NCBI GenBank assembly: GCA_030704615.1
Contig: CM060733.1
Location: 37,944,001-38,008,000 of the forward strand
Reading direction: 5' to 3'
Source of the DNA: Takakia lepidozioides
Lineage: Eukaryota; Plantae; Bryophyta
DNA: 64,000 nt
Shown: one piece after another, positions 1 to 12,839 of the stretch
How the letters are laid out: the number at the start of each line of letters is the position of its first letter
Position numbering within the stretch: the first letter of the stretch is position 1
The notes under the pieces: model-generated
Seen by the model: only the letters and a program-made list of their open reading frames with translations
Databases searched by the model: none
What the model was told of the DNA's origin: nothing
Made by a program: the position numbers and the translations under genes

Positions 1-451
1 GTTGCACAAAGTCGGTCTCTGACATGCATTGTCAGCAACGTGTCCTGTTATTAACTACTTGTTAAACATGCACGATTTAATGAATGAAAAACCCAAGAAT
101 TCATCTAAGAGTGTTGCATCTCCAAGTGCGAAGCATGCGCATGTCTAATTTTCTCATAGACTTAGACTGATTTGAAGCTTTGAACCGAGTAAAAAGTCGT
201 GTTGCTAGAGGCAGAAGTGCATGGAGATATATGTGACAGCATTGAATGCAAGTGGTGATATGTTCAATCGCATCAAGATCTATATCAACGATCTGCTTTT
301 CTCTTCCTCATATTCTCTTCACAATGTTTCAAAAAAACTCGATGCAGGAACATCAAAATAAGGTGAAAGACTGTTGGACAAGAAGCTAATTTTTGGCAGA
401 AAATTCACAACAACTCGCTTTATATCTGTCACATTATAGAATCATCAGCGT

Positions 452-1201
452 TCAGAGTGCCAAATTGTATTGGAATATAAGGCACATGTGATACAACAGC
501 GGAGCAAATTCATCTGTAGAACTAGTATTAAAGTTGACAGGGTCACGCACATACATATCACTATCAAAATATCTATCATTGGATTCACACTGATTCTGGA
601 AGAAAATACGAAGCGCATCACTAATGGTTGTCTCATTGGGAAGCAACATATTTCGCCAGAGTGCCTCGCATTTTTTTATGTCCATTCCTTTACATAAGAA
701 TGCACCGGCTGTGGAGAATTTTCCTGATGTAAGCCTTTGATAAAAGACAACCATGCAGAAAGTACCTGCAAGGTGCTTTCCAGGGCGTTGGTGGATATGA
801 TAAATAAAAGCTCGAACAAATACATTCGATGAAGTTAAGCATACCTTGTTTTTGAGTTCAGCACTACCATACATTGCATAGAGTTCCTTGCCCTCCTCCA
901 TTTTGACGGGAATGTGGTTGTCCAAATTCTTCATGCGATACCCAAGCATGACCTTTCCAAGTATGCAAACGATCATGTTTTGATTTTTTGCACATGATAG
1001 TATGACCAGCTGGTGGATAGAGATCCCAACCGATGAACGACTTGATACGCTTGTTGACATGAATCTCACTCGTCGCAAACATATGTATCGCCATTTGAAA
1101 ATGTAAATGCAAATGATGAGGCATTCAACTGGGTTGTTGATCCGCAATTCAAATTGCTCGACACAAATGGTGATGGTGTGTTGTCCAGGGCAGAGTTGCA
1201 T
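452..1201 (-). pseudogene. Unassigned ORF remnant, possibly internal to a CACTA/CACTG-type element
   Basis: 249-aa ORF with no motif I can recognise confidently. It lies inward of a putative CACTG terminus at 2685. Confidence 0.2.
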
Positions 1202-2444
1202 CCGCCCTTCGCATACATGTCCACTAGGGTATTGCTCAGAATGACATCTGGTACAATTTTACCTTTGATCAGTCTTCATGGATTTCTTTACCTTTTTCCA
1301 GGGCTTCCACCACAACCCCACTTTACAACTCAATTGACACAAAGCACAAAGCAAAAGAAGAAGACTTTATAACAGCCAGCGGAAGCTGGAAGAACTTCTG
1401 GTACATAATGGAAATTCCACATTCCAACATCTAGTTTGACTCGCATCGTCTACCGCGTTGCTAAAGCCTCCTTTCGGGGCGGAGTAGAAGCCCCAGTTTG
1501 CGACGGCTGGATGTCGCATGCCAGTCGCAGGGCGTCGCTGGAATATCGTCGCTAACTAGCAACGTAGGGGGTCACTACGGGGGGGACGCTCCGCCCCCCT
1601 TCGGCGACGCCCCGACGTCGCTTTTTGGCGGTATTTTTGAATTTGTTGAAGAGCTGAGGCTTAGCCTCCGGATCCCTGCGGATGTCTGCATGCAATTTGA
1701 TCCAAGCCTTCCTAGCTTCAGTTTGAACCTCTAGACTATATTATAATGTTGGTTGTCTGATATTGCCCATTGCTCTTCTACTGATGTATCCTAGATATTG
1801 TACTCTCTCTCTTTTTCACCCTCTGAAAGGATTTGGCGGCTGTCGACGTCGCAAACGACTTGCTGCCACGTGTTTCCTCCGGGCATTTCCCAAAAACAAA
1901 ACTATCAGCGACGCCGAGCCGCCGCCCCAAACAACGCCGCACGCTCTACTGCAAAAGAGCACGGCTCTTTGATGAATTTTTGTAATACAGGGAACAGACC
2001 GACGTCCACATTACAACCACCGACCCCAACAATGCAGGAAATTTCGACACTTTGTTAGCAATCTTCTCTCCCGTTTGGTCCTTTCTTGGGAGGCCCCGTC
2101 TCCTTTTCACGATTGTCTTGTTCTCCATAGAACCTGCACCCCTGCTTGATCTCTCTGCAATGTTTGATCTCTCTATCTGTGTGTCGACCTCCTTACTTAT
2201 CTGTCTCGACCGATCTCTCCTTGCGATTTCCACCATAGTTTATCTAATCTAGAGACATCTAATCTAAAAACATCTAGAAACATCTATACATGCACATGTA
2301 ATGGCCATGTGCCCCCCCCCCAAGCAGCCTCTGCGTGGAGGCCCCTACTCCTCCGCTAGTTTTTTCGCTCCCAATTGTCGATTTGTTTTTGGTTCCTGTT
2401 GGAGTATATATTTGGAGGGTTATCGGTTATTTTTTTGGGTGGGA

Positions 2445-2685
2445 TACGTCTTGAATTGTGGTCGTCAAGACTCAAATGACTGCATTTTTTGAGGGCTATC
2501 TCAATCAAAGAATATGTGGGGGTGGGGTGGGGGGGGGGGGGGTGTGGAGTCGTCTTGAATTGCGGTCCTTAACAACCGCATTTTCGGAGGGCTATTCCAC
2601 CTAAGATAAAATTAAATTTTAAAAAAAAAGTGATAACCGTCTTGCATTGCGGTCGTCAACATCCGCAATTTTACGTCCTTCAGTG
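2445..2685 (-). mobile_element. Putative CACTA/CACTG-superfamily terminus with subterminal repeats
   Basis: The minus strand begins CACTGAAGGACG at 2685. Three copies of GTCTTG(A/C)ATTG(C/T)GGTC(G/C)T follow at ~2448, 2552 and 2639, partly as hairpins. The other end is not in the window. Confidence 0.35.
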
Positions 2686-4825
2686 TTGCAATTTGGATTA
2701 TGTTCTCTATTTCAATTGCTATCGTCCTCCCATATGTGGGGCCTATTTCCGCGGGTATGGGTCTATCTTCCATGGTATTAGACCCTCATAGTCAGGCTCA
2801 CGTGAGCTTGGCCAGGCTCATGGGCTCATAGGCTTACTTCCAAGCTCACGCTTTAGCATCCCCCGACTAATAAAGGTTGTCTACTGGGAAATCCATCAAT
2901 GGATCAATTCACTCGCTTCTACCACCTTAAAACTATGAAACTTTATGATTGACTTGAGTTCTTCTTTACTCTTGAACCACAGGTTTTTGAAATCCAACGC
3001 AATTGTTTGGACCAGTAGAATTTGTACCTTCCGAATTTGAACATCCAAAGACTCAAATCATGTGTCAGGACAATCATTCCTGTAGTCTCATACATCAAAC
3101 CAGGGATTCAACATACACTAATTGGGTGAAAGTAAGCTACGGTGACTACATTTTTCTATCACAACACGTTTTTTCCAAGACATAGTTTGATTTAATTGTA
3201 CCTTAGAGACAAATTTTTATTACAATGATGAAATATGACTAACTTTTATGCTTCCTTCTCACCACGAATGAAGTTGATTTAGTCGACGTATTGTACTTTA
3301 GAAAATTGCATACGACAGTGTCACAGTTCATAAGAAAATGTGTTATGTACTTTTTGCACTCATAATAGAAAACAAATATGATAGTTGGTACTCATACTAG
3401 TATTGATCTACTCTTAAAGGTAGTAAAATCCTATAGAGAACATCAGAAAAGTGAAATTTCTTACTTGTATATTTTATTGTGAACCTCGAAAAACTGATTT
3501 TTCACAAAGTACATGAATGCATGGAAACAAAGTAAAACAATGGACTTCCTTCACTAAAAGGTACAATATTTCATGTAGAGACACTATGCGATATAATGAA
3601 AAATGAAAAAACAAAAAACAAAAATAGAAATAATTTCTGTTAAGAGGAAAAATATGAATAATGCCAGTGTATGTTACTATCAACTTTAGATGGTTCAGAT
3701 CTTTAAGCATGGATGAATTTAGCGGCTACATTTTTTCCATAATTATTAAATCGAAATTAACATTGGGACTTCTTGTGTAGGCCACCCTGTGGATTTTTTT
3801 GAGACACCATAGCTTGTTTTCACCCAAATTCACAACCACCGACCCACAACTTTGGCTTCTACACCTCCCTCAGTTGAAGATTAACAATGTTTATATCGGT
3901 GTCATTTTCAAATGCACATACAGAATTCATTTCGTTTAAAAAAACAAAACAGAGAGGGAAGCCCTAGAAATGCATAACAAATGAGCACAAAAAGAAAAAC
4001 TGCATAGGGTCGTGAAGACTTGCGGAAGAGATAACCACCTAATCACATTTCTTTTTTTGTTATATATATACATATATAGGTATATCTCGAAGTTTAGCAT
4101 TTGTTCCATTGTGATTAAATTATTTTTTATTCGTTGTTCTATAAGTTGTGACTCTTTATTGAAAAGATTTAAATTTTTTCTTCTTCTTTGAATTGGTACA
4201 TATTTTATTGATAATATTTATATATTGAATATTATAAAATAATATAGCAATGTTTTGTGGTTGTCTATTTAATGCATATTTATTTGGAGTTAAGTATTGT
4301 TCTTGGAAAAACAAAAAATCAGTCTCTTAGAATCTTTACAAAGCACCTTGTTTCTTTGTCCTAACAGTTGCAAAATTATGTAACAACACATCACATATAC
4401 TTAAGACATTTATTATAGGGCTTACTCATCAAAGTTCTTTTTTTATACTAAAACACTTCATTACCTTATGGATAAATAAAATAATATTATAATTTTAACT
4501 TTAAACCCGTTTGTATCGTCTCCCAACACTATAACACTATTTTGTTGATATAATGCAATCCAAATAAAGATTTCATGCATGCATATTTTTTTCAGTAATT
4601 AATTTGTAATATTTCATCATTTTTTGTTTTTATTTAATATGAGCAATTTGGGTAGTGTCTACAAAATATGATGATTATGATGCGGGTGACGACAAAATGA
4701 TACTATATTTTTTTTTTCGGACATTTGGACAGCTTAAAAAATGACGATGATGACGTAGCTAACGATGATGTGGCAATGAAATATTTGACCATGACGTGGT
4801 ACTATGGCACACTATTCTTGCTGTA

Positions 4826-5261
4826 CACTAAAACTAGTCTCCGACTTTCAATCGTCACTAGAATTTAATAGTGAATCCAGGGGTAAGAGGGAGTGGGGTG
4901 ATTTAACAGGCCCCACCGGAGACGCCCATGTTGCCTCAATCTGACGAGTGTACCGTCATATTGCACGCGTGCATTAAGTTCTTACATTATTCCTATTGTT
5001 TTCTTTTTATTCCTCCGTATAAACGTTTAAACTGCAAAGCACTAACTAGTACGTTAAAATAAATTACTAAAAATATTTTTGAAAATATGTTCGATACAGC
5101 CTCTGAAATTGTGTGGCCTCGTCGTAATGAGGAAGTTGTATGTCGTAGAGGGGATTGTGCCATGAGAGTATGCCCACCACATTCAAACCCTCAGAATTAT
5201 CCTGTTTTTGTTATTTATATATATTATAGTGATGATTGAAAGTCGGAAACTAGTTTTAATG
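4826..5261. mobile_element. MITE with ~35-bp TIRs and TA flanks (Tc1/mariner-like)
   Basis: 4824-4860 TACACTAAAACTAGTCTCCGACTTTCAATCGTCACTA matches the reverse complement of 5227-5263 with 3 mismatches. TA lies on both sides. Confidence 0.7.
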
Positions 5262-5566
5262 TAACTCATGTAGAGGGTGTCTTTGTGTCACGTCATTGTT
5301 GTCATGTTTCGTAGGCCATGCCAACAGCACTTTTTAAGCTGTCTGAAAAGAAAACTGAGTTGTGAAAATCATTTTTGTCAAATCTGCTCTAATATTAGTT
5401 TCTTTCTTTTGTTTCTTCACATATTCCAGCAATGTAAATGTTGCAGCACTTCTAAATATTAATTATGATAAAAGCAATACCAAGCAGAAATCAAGGTTTA
5501 TCCAATTTTCGAAACCCTCATAAGTTGAATACTTTGCTTTTGTGGTTCGCACGTTTCAATTTAATA

Positions 5567-6370
5567 CTAGGGTAGCCTCTGCCGTTGGCCCAAGTGTCTA
5601 GTGTCATTTAAGTCTAAGTGCAATACCCAATGTATCCAAGTATTGAGGCCCAAAATGCGACTTCTAGGGTAGCATGTGCGGTTGGCCCAGTGTCGAGTGT
5701 CATCTAAGCCCAAGTGTAAGATCTTCTATGTATCCCAGTGCGTCTCCTATGTCCAATGCGACCTCTGGTTTAGCTTGTGCCGTTGGCCCAAGTGTCCAGT
5801 GTCATCTAAGCCCAAGTGTAAGATCTTCTATGTATCCCAGTGCATCTCTTATGTCGAGCCCAAGTGTAACCTCTAGTGTAGCTTATGCCGTTGGCTCATG
5901 TGTGAAGAATTGAAGTATAAGACCAAGTGCGTCTCCGATATATGTCGAGGCCCATCTAAGCCCAAGTGCAATCTTCTATTCATATATCCAAGTGCATCTC
6001 CCATGTAGAGGCCCAGTGTACGGTGTTATCTAAGCCCAAGTGCAACCTCCTATGTATCCAAATACGTCTCCAATGTCAAGGCCCCATTTATTATTTTCCA
6101 TGAATTTACTAAGTAGTAATATATCCAATCAGTATTGATATATCTCCCGTCGAGGCTCCAATCATTGTCCTAGGAAAGCCCACTTTGCTATTTTTCGCGA
6201 ATTTCCAGCGACCCACACCGCAAGTCCAAAAATTATGAGACCAAGTCGGTGCACCCCTCCTTATCGAGGGCTTTCCAACGGTACCAAGCACTAGGGCTGG
6301 GCCCAGGTTCGGGACATCTCAATGTACCACAACAAACAATACAAACAAACAACCTTCCTTCATATATTGA
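5567..6370 (-). mobile_element. Non-autonomous Helitron-like element
   Basis: The minus strand starts A|TC at 6370 and ends CTAG|T at 5567, preceded by GC-rich GGGCCAACGGCAGAGGC. No TSD. Internal degenerate tandem repeats. Confidence 0.55.
5570..6090. repeat. Degenerate ~100-bp tandem repeat built from CCCAAGTG sub-repeats
   Basis: The unit GCCGTTGGCCCAAGTGTCCAGTGTCATCTAAGCCCAAGTGTAAGATCTTCTATGTATCCCAGTGC recurs at ~5581, 5678, 5779 and (partial) 5887. Confidence 0.8.
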
Positions 6371-6718
6371 TATTGAAAGTATACTACATGATAATGGTAA
6401 TAGCTAATGAATCATCAAAACTCTCAATAGTGGATTTTTGTCTCTTGTCTATATTCTGGACAATTAAGAATGTTAACATATTATATGAGCATGTCTAGCG
6501 GGGCATTGTCTCCCCCTCTTGTCACAATACATAGTTACATCAACAAATTCTATGATAGATACTAGATGTATGTACATCTATTTAATCTCTATGTTGAAAT
6601 ATTTTAGATCAACTTGTTAAGATTTTGATTTTGATTTTGATTCATAGAGCCCACCCTTGACAGAGTAGTATCTACAAAATGAAGTGACTATCAGCTCAAG
6701 TTGGAATTTCTCTTTTTG

Positions 6719-7317
6719 TGTCAAGGACAAGAACATGAGTGAACACAAACAAGAGATCAGACTAGAGGTACAAGACTAGACAAGAAGTCAAGGTCGGCGT
6801 GGCCGTATGCACGATGAGTAAATATGAATCAAGACGATCTTTATAACAATGAACAAGAGTACAAGATATTGGAACACGACTTAAATACTGGAATGCTGGA
6901 AACTGGACTGGAGTACCAAATACTGGAAACTGGGCTAGAGTACTGGGAACTGGACTGGAAACTGGAAACAAGAATAGCTTGAACTGGTGTTGGCGAGGCC
7001 GAAGAGTGTCCAGTCTCGCCTCTTATATATACTGGTTACTAAGAAGTCTTCTAAGAAGCTTCCCCTATGGAGGTTTCTTGATGGAAAAGCTTCCGTAAAC
7101 AAATGAGATATCTTGATGGAGAAGTTTCCTCCAAAGGAAGCTTCCTGAGCAGTTTCCCAAGTTACTCTTGGTAATTTGGTAAACTCCCGATAACATGGTA
7201 AATAATGATAAATCATGATAGATCATGGTAAATCACGGTAAGTCGTGATAATTTTCAATAATTTGGTAACTTCTGGTATTTATTCCTGGTAAGTTCCTCT
7301 GGGCTATGTTCGTGACA
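6719..7317 (-). repeat. LTR copy 1 (3' LTR)
   Basis: TGTCAAGGAC...CGTGACA, adjacent to the reverse-complement polypurine tract (TCACCCCCTCATCTAG). Confidence 0.9.
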
Positions 7318-8181
7318 TCACCCCCTCATCTAGCGCCGAGTTCCTCGAGGAGCGGTAAAATCTTGGACTTGCTTGGAGTTGGAGAAAATCCAAAATCCGG
7401 CGAATGGTACTTGCCAAGTATTTGGCTCTTCGTTCTTGACTCAAATGATTTATAGGTCCCTGCAATCATCAATAGTGTCTAACACCTTGAACTTGGGACC
7501 ACGCAGTGATTTGACCATTCTGATTTTCGAAGCTGCCTTCAAACATGATTTCGTTGCCCTCTGGGTCTGAAGCCTTAACCTCCAACAAAATTATCAGACT
7601 TCGAGTAGGCTCAATTTGCCGTCGTACGAGGTCTAGACGAGGAAGTACGCGTCGCATTGGTGTCCCATCGTCTCGAGAGTGTCGGCGTGATGTTGAAGGT
7701 CGTGAGAGTCGGAACGGCTGATCTGGTAGTTGGATAAGCGACAGCTCCAATGTATCTGGTTCATGTGACTCCATGTTGCCAATACAAGCTGTAAGAGTGT
7801 TGGAAGTGTAGCTATATATACTGATGTGTGGTGCTCCTCCCTCCTTAGCGGATATCAGGTACATTGAATGTGAAGTCTTCACCTTGAAGCTAACTTGATT
7901 GACATCATCGTTGTGACGTCTTATTAACGTGTAGCTCGGGGCTTAGCTAGATATCGTTGATGAAACTCTTGGACTTTGTCAGATGCATTGACGAGGTTGG
8001 ATGAAAGTTTTCACGTTCGTTCGCTAATGTCGTAGCCTTTCCAATGTACGAAATACTCAAGACGTTTATACTTGATGCGAGAGTCTAAGACTTCGTCGAC
8101 TTCATACTCAATTGATTTCGATTGATGGAGGTGGTACAGAGACTCTCCCTAAAATATTTGATGGATGATACAACTCCAAAC

Positions 8182-8809
8182 TGTCAAGGACAAGAACATG
8201 ACTGAACACAAACAAGTGATCAGATTAGAGGTACAAGACTAGATAAGAAGTCAAGGTCGGCGTGGCCATATGCACGATGAGTAAATAGGAATCAAGACGA
8301 TCTTTATAACAATGAACAAGAGTACAAGATATTGGAACACGACTTGAATACTGGAATGCTGGAAACTGGACTGGATTACCATATACTGGAAACTGGGCTA
8401 GAGTACTGGGGACTGGAAACAAGAGTAGCTTGAACTGGTGTTGGCGAGACTGAAGAGTATCCAGTCTCGCCTCCTATATATACTGGTTACTAAAAAGCCT
8501 AAGAAACTTCCCCCGTGGAGGTTTCTTGTTGGAGTAGTTTCCAAGATTAAACAAAGATTTATTGATGGAGAAGCTTCTTTAAACAAAGGAGGTATCTTGA
8601 TGGAGAAGTTTCCTCCAAATGAAGCTTCCTGAGCTGTTTTCCAAGTTACACTTGGTAATTTGATAAATTCTCGGTAATTTGATAAGTAATGGTAAATCAT
8701 GGTAGATCACGGTAAATCACGATAAGTCATGATAACTTCCGATAACATGATAATTTGGTAACTTTTGGTTTTTATTCCTGATAAGTTCTTTTGGGCTATG
8801 TCCATGACA
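8182..8809 (-). repeat. LTR copy 2 (internal, no TSD)
   Basis: Same LTR, TGTCAAGGAC...CATGACA. Its flanks CAAAC and GTTCC differ. Confidence 0.9.
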
Positions 8810-8999
8810 GTTCCTGTGACTCCATGTTGCCAATACAAGATATAAGAGTGTTGGAATTGTAGCTATATATACTGATGTGTGGTGCTCCTCCCTCCTTAGC
8901 GTGTATCAGGTATATTGAATGTAGAGTCTTCACCTTGAAGCTAACTTGGTTGACATCATCGTTGTGATGTCTTATTAACGTGTAGCTCGGGGCTTAGCT

Positions 9000-10025
9000 G
9001 GATATTGTTGATGAAACTCTTGGACTTTGTCAGATGCATTGTCGAGGTTGAATGAAAGTTTTTACGTTCGTTTGCTGATGTCGTATCATTTCTAATGTAC
9101 GAAATACTCAAGACGTTTATACTTGATGCGAGAGTCTAGGACTTCGTTGACTTCATACTCAATTTCCTGATTGACTTCGATTGGTGGAGGTGGTATGGAG
9201 ACTCTCCCTGGAATATTTGAAGGATGATACAACTCCAATAATGAAACATGTAAGCTCCTTGTGAATCATAGTAAGATGAGTAGCAAGGTTTTCTGCAACA
9301 GGGCTTCCAGCAGTCTTCATGTGGAAAGAGTTTGCTCGAGGTTGATGACCATAATTGGAGAAAAATGGAGTTTGTTTGGTCGAAGAATGTATAGTGTTGT
9401 TGTAGGCAAACTCAGCCAATGACAAAATGTCCGTCCAATTATCTTGGTGATAATTTATTGTACAGCGAAGATACTGCTCCAAAATCTGGTTTACCCGTTC
9501 GGTTTGACCATCAGTCTGTGGATGATTAGCTGTAGAGAGGTTGATCTTAGTATCTAATATGTGAAATAATCCCCTCCAGAAATTTGATATGAACTATGGT
9601 CCTCGATCAGATACGATGTCTTTCGGAAGTCCATGAATGCGGTAGATATTGTTGAGGAAGAGTCTTGCAGTTTTCTCGCCGGTAACCGTCTTATTACATG
9701 GAATAAAATGTGTCATCTTCGTAAAACGATCTACAATAACAAGGATTGAATCGGTGATCTTGGAAATTGGAAGGTTCGTAATAAAGTCCATAGACATGGA
9801 CGACCATGGGCCCTTGGAAATGGGTAATGGTTGAAGAAGGCCGTAAGGTCGACGTCGTGGTCCCTTCGCTCTAGCACACGTGTCGCAAGATTTTATAAAT
9901 TCTTTCACGAGTTTCCACATCTGCGGCCACCAATAGTCCCTGGATATCAATTCCATTGTTTTGTTGAAGCCGAAATGTCCTGCAGCCAGAAGATCATGAT
10001 ATGTTTGAAGAATTTGAAGTCGACC
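9000..10025 (-). pseudogene. Ty3 integrase plus chromodomain fragment
   Basis: HDLLAAGHFG...CDTC (HHCC zinc finger), SMDFIT, IVSDRGP and EQYLR. The chromodomain EVNEVLDSRIKYKRLEYFVH lies downstream. Contains stops and a deletion near 9240. Confidence 0.9.
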
Positions 10026-10808
10026 AAGTCCTAGACTATCAAGTATAAACGTCTTGAGTATTTTGTACATTGGAAAGGCTACGACATCAGCTAACAAACG
10101 TGAGAACTTTCATCCAACCTCGCCAATGCATATAACAAAGTCCAAGAGTTTCATCAGCGATATCCAGTTAAACCCCGAGCTACACGTCAATAAGACGTCA
10201 CAACGATGATGTCAGCCAATTTAGCTTCAAGGTGAAGACTTCACATTCAATGTACCTGATACACGCTAAGGAGGGAGGAGCACCACACTTCCAGCACTCT
10301 TGCATCTTGTATTGGCAACATGGAGTCACGGGAACCAGATATATTGGAGCTGTCGCTTACCCAACTACCAGATTAGCCGTTTCGACTCTCACGACCTTCA
10401 ACATCACGCCGACGCTCTCGAGACGATGGGCCACCAATGCGACGCGTACTTTCTCGTCTAGACCTCGTACGACGGCAAGTGCAGCATACTCGAAGTCTGT
10501 TAATTTTGTTGGAGGTTGAGGCTTCGGACCCAGATGACAATGAAATCATGTTTGAAGGTAGCTGCGAAAATCAGAATGCTCAAATCACTGCATGGTCCTA
10601 AGTTCAAGGTGTTGGACACTATCGATGGTTGCAGGGACCTATAAATCATTTGAGTCAAGAACGAAGAGCCGAATACTTGGCAAGTACCATTCGCCAGATT
10701 TTGGATTTTCTCCAACTCTGAGCAAGTCCAAGATTTTACCGCTCCTCGAGGAACTCGGCGCTAGAGGAGGGGGTGATGTCACGGACATAGTCCAGATGAA
10801 CTTACCAT

Positions 10809-11271
10809 GAGTAAATAAGAATCAAAACGATCTTTATAACAATGAACAAGAGTACAAGATATTGGAACACGACTTGAATACTGGAACGCTGGAAACTGGA
10901 CTGGAGTACCAGATACTGGAAACTGGGCTAGAGTACTGGGAACTGGAAACAAGAATAGCTTGAACTGGTGTTGGCAAGACTGAAGAGTGTCCAGTTTCGC
11001 CTCCTATATATACTGGCTACTAAGAAGTCTCCTAAGAAGCTTCCCCTATGGAGGTTTCTTGATGGAGAAGTTTCCTCCAAAAGAAGCTTCGTGAGCAGTT
11101 TCCCAAGTTATTCTTGGTAATTTGGTAAACTCCCAGTAACATGGTAAGTAATGATAAATCATGGTAGATCATGATAAATCACGGTAAGTCATGGTAACTT
11201 CCGGTAACATGATAACTTGGTAACTTCTGGTATTTACTCCTGGTAAGTTCCTCTGGGCTATGTCCGTGACA
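10809..11271 (-). repeat. LTR copy 3 (left ~95 bp replaced by an inverted segment)
   Basis: Matches LTR1 from GAGTAAATA to CGTGACA and is followed by TSD TTTTG. Confidence 0.85.
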
Positions 11272-11908
11272 TTTTGTAGTAAAAACAGTACCATTGTTTG
11301 ATTGAATATGTTTTGATTTTAATTTTTTCTAATTATTTTGAATCTTAAATGTATACGAATTGTAGTTTTTAAAGATCTATTGTATTTTTTAAATCTAAAA
11401 TTTAGAATATAAAGAGATTTTGGAACATATAAGAACGGAAGAAGGGAAAAAATCTTGCCGAAGCATACTTAATTTATGGTGTCACATCACTCTTAATGGC
11501 TACTAGTAAATACCTTCCGTTTGGAAGGTAATCACCTTCTTACAGCCATAACCGAGTCAACGGGTAGATAAGTGCAAGTATCTTTTTTTTCTCATCAAGG
11601 CTCAAATCCGGCGAAAGTACCATACGTGTGCATTATTATTTTTAAATATTATTTCTATTATTTTCTGCATAAAATATATTCTCAATCAAAATGAAACAGG
11701 CCGCTTGTTGCGTATGACTCCTCCTTATGAACAGTGGAATCTACTTTCATCCATAGCAAACTTAAAAATTCATCCAGTTAATTTTTATAAGTTGTTCAAT
11801 AACTTAGATGTTACATAAGGGATGTATTACTTGAAGAAGGCATATCATCGAGGTTGTTTTGAGCAAAGGAGACGAGGTGACACCTAATCGATGCTTAACC
11901 CCTAAACG

Positions 11909-11937
11909 ACGACGCGACCCGGATCGGGTCGCGTCGT
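11909..11937. repeat. Subterminal hairpin of the piggyBac left end
   Basis: ACGACGCGACCC-GGATC-GGGTCGCGTCGT, a 12-bp stem. Confidence 0.8.
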
Positions 11938-12616
11938 TTTACATCCATCCCCGTAGTTTCCGTGGATGAAGTCCGATGGAAACGTCGTCTGAACGTAAAA
12001 TGTGCGCCCCGCTGTCCTCTACATGCTCCAGCAAAAAAAAACTTGATTTGAGTAAATGCCCTGCATGCTAGGATTTTTCAAGTGTCAGATTTTGCATGGT
12101 TTTGAGGGGGGCCACATTGTTTGACTAGCCACATGGCCGGCGCGAAGGGGAAATGCGGCGAGCATTGGCGGCGGGGGCCACCTACAGGGTGAGTGGGTTG
12201 ACCCTGCATGCCCGCGCGCCATCATGGACAGGCCACCTGCCAAAGCCAAGGGGCAGTGCAGGGTGGCGGGTTGGGTAAGGCTTTTGTGCGCAAATGACGA
12301 GTCCTCTCTTCCTGCCTTCACGCTTCGCTGCAACTCGACATAGAGCTTCACTTTGCTTTCATTTTTGTTTTTCATGTGCGTTTACATTCCAACGCTGGAG
12401 AGGCGATTGAGGGAGCGCCAGGGCATGCTCGACTTTGTGACCCGGATTACTACAGGGAATGCTCGCAATGCACTTACTGCATTCGGCAATCTGCAACCGC
12501 ATTCTTGCTCTTTGCTTTCATGTTTACTTTCATGGTGTCTGCTGTGCAAGTGGCTCCGTCAATGCTGCTCTGGGGTCTGCCGTCGTTCTTCACTAACTCC
12601 GTAGCGCAACATGCAG

Positions 12617-12839
12617 GGTAAGCTCACGTTGAATTGATGTGCCGGCCCTAGTGTTCAATGGGATCCTAGCCTTTGGGAGATTGCGCTGAAGCTTGGGCAT
12701 GGGGTGCAATACCCGCCGTCGTGTGCCAGTACGAAAAAAATGGTCTTCATGGTAAGCTCCTGTGCAATTGATGTGCCGGCCCTTGTATTGAATGGGATCT
12801 GAGCGCGCCTTTGGGAGATTGCGCTGAAGCTTGGGCATA
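12617..12839 (+). repeat. Imperfect direct repeat (two ~85-bp copies) in the piggyBac left arm
   Basis: GGTAAGCTC...AATTGATGTGCCGGCCCT...CTTTGGGAGATTGCGCTGAAGCTTGGGCAT at ~12617 and ~12751. Confidence 0.75.

Larger units (their letters stand above)
6719..11271 (-). mobile_element. Rearranged non-autonomous Ty3/gypsy chromovirus with three LTR copies
   Basis: TG...CA termini and 5-bp TSD TTTTG (6714-6718 and 11272-11276). PPT next to 7317. Integrase and chromodomain remnants are present; gag, RT and RNase H are absent. Confidence 0.9.

Noticed and set aside
1453-1939. GC-rich MITE with CGTCGC/GCGACG motifs
   Set aside because: The motif clustering is real, but the TIR and TSD matches are too weak to set boundaries.
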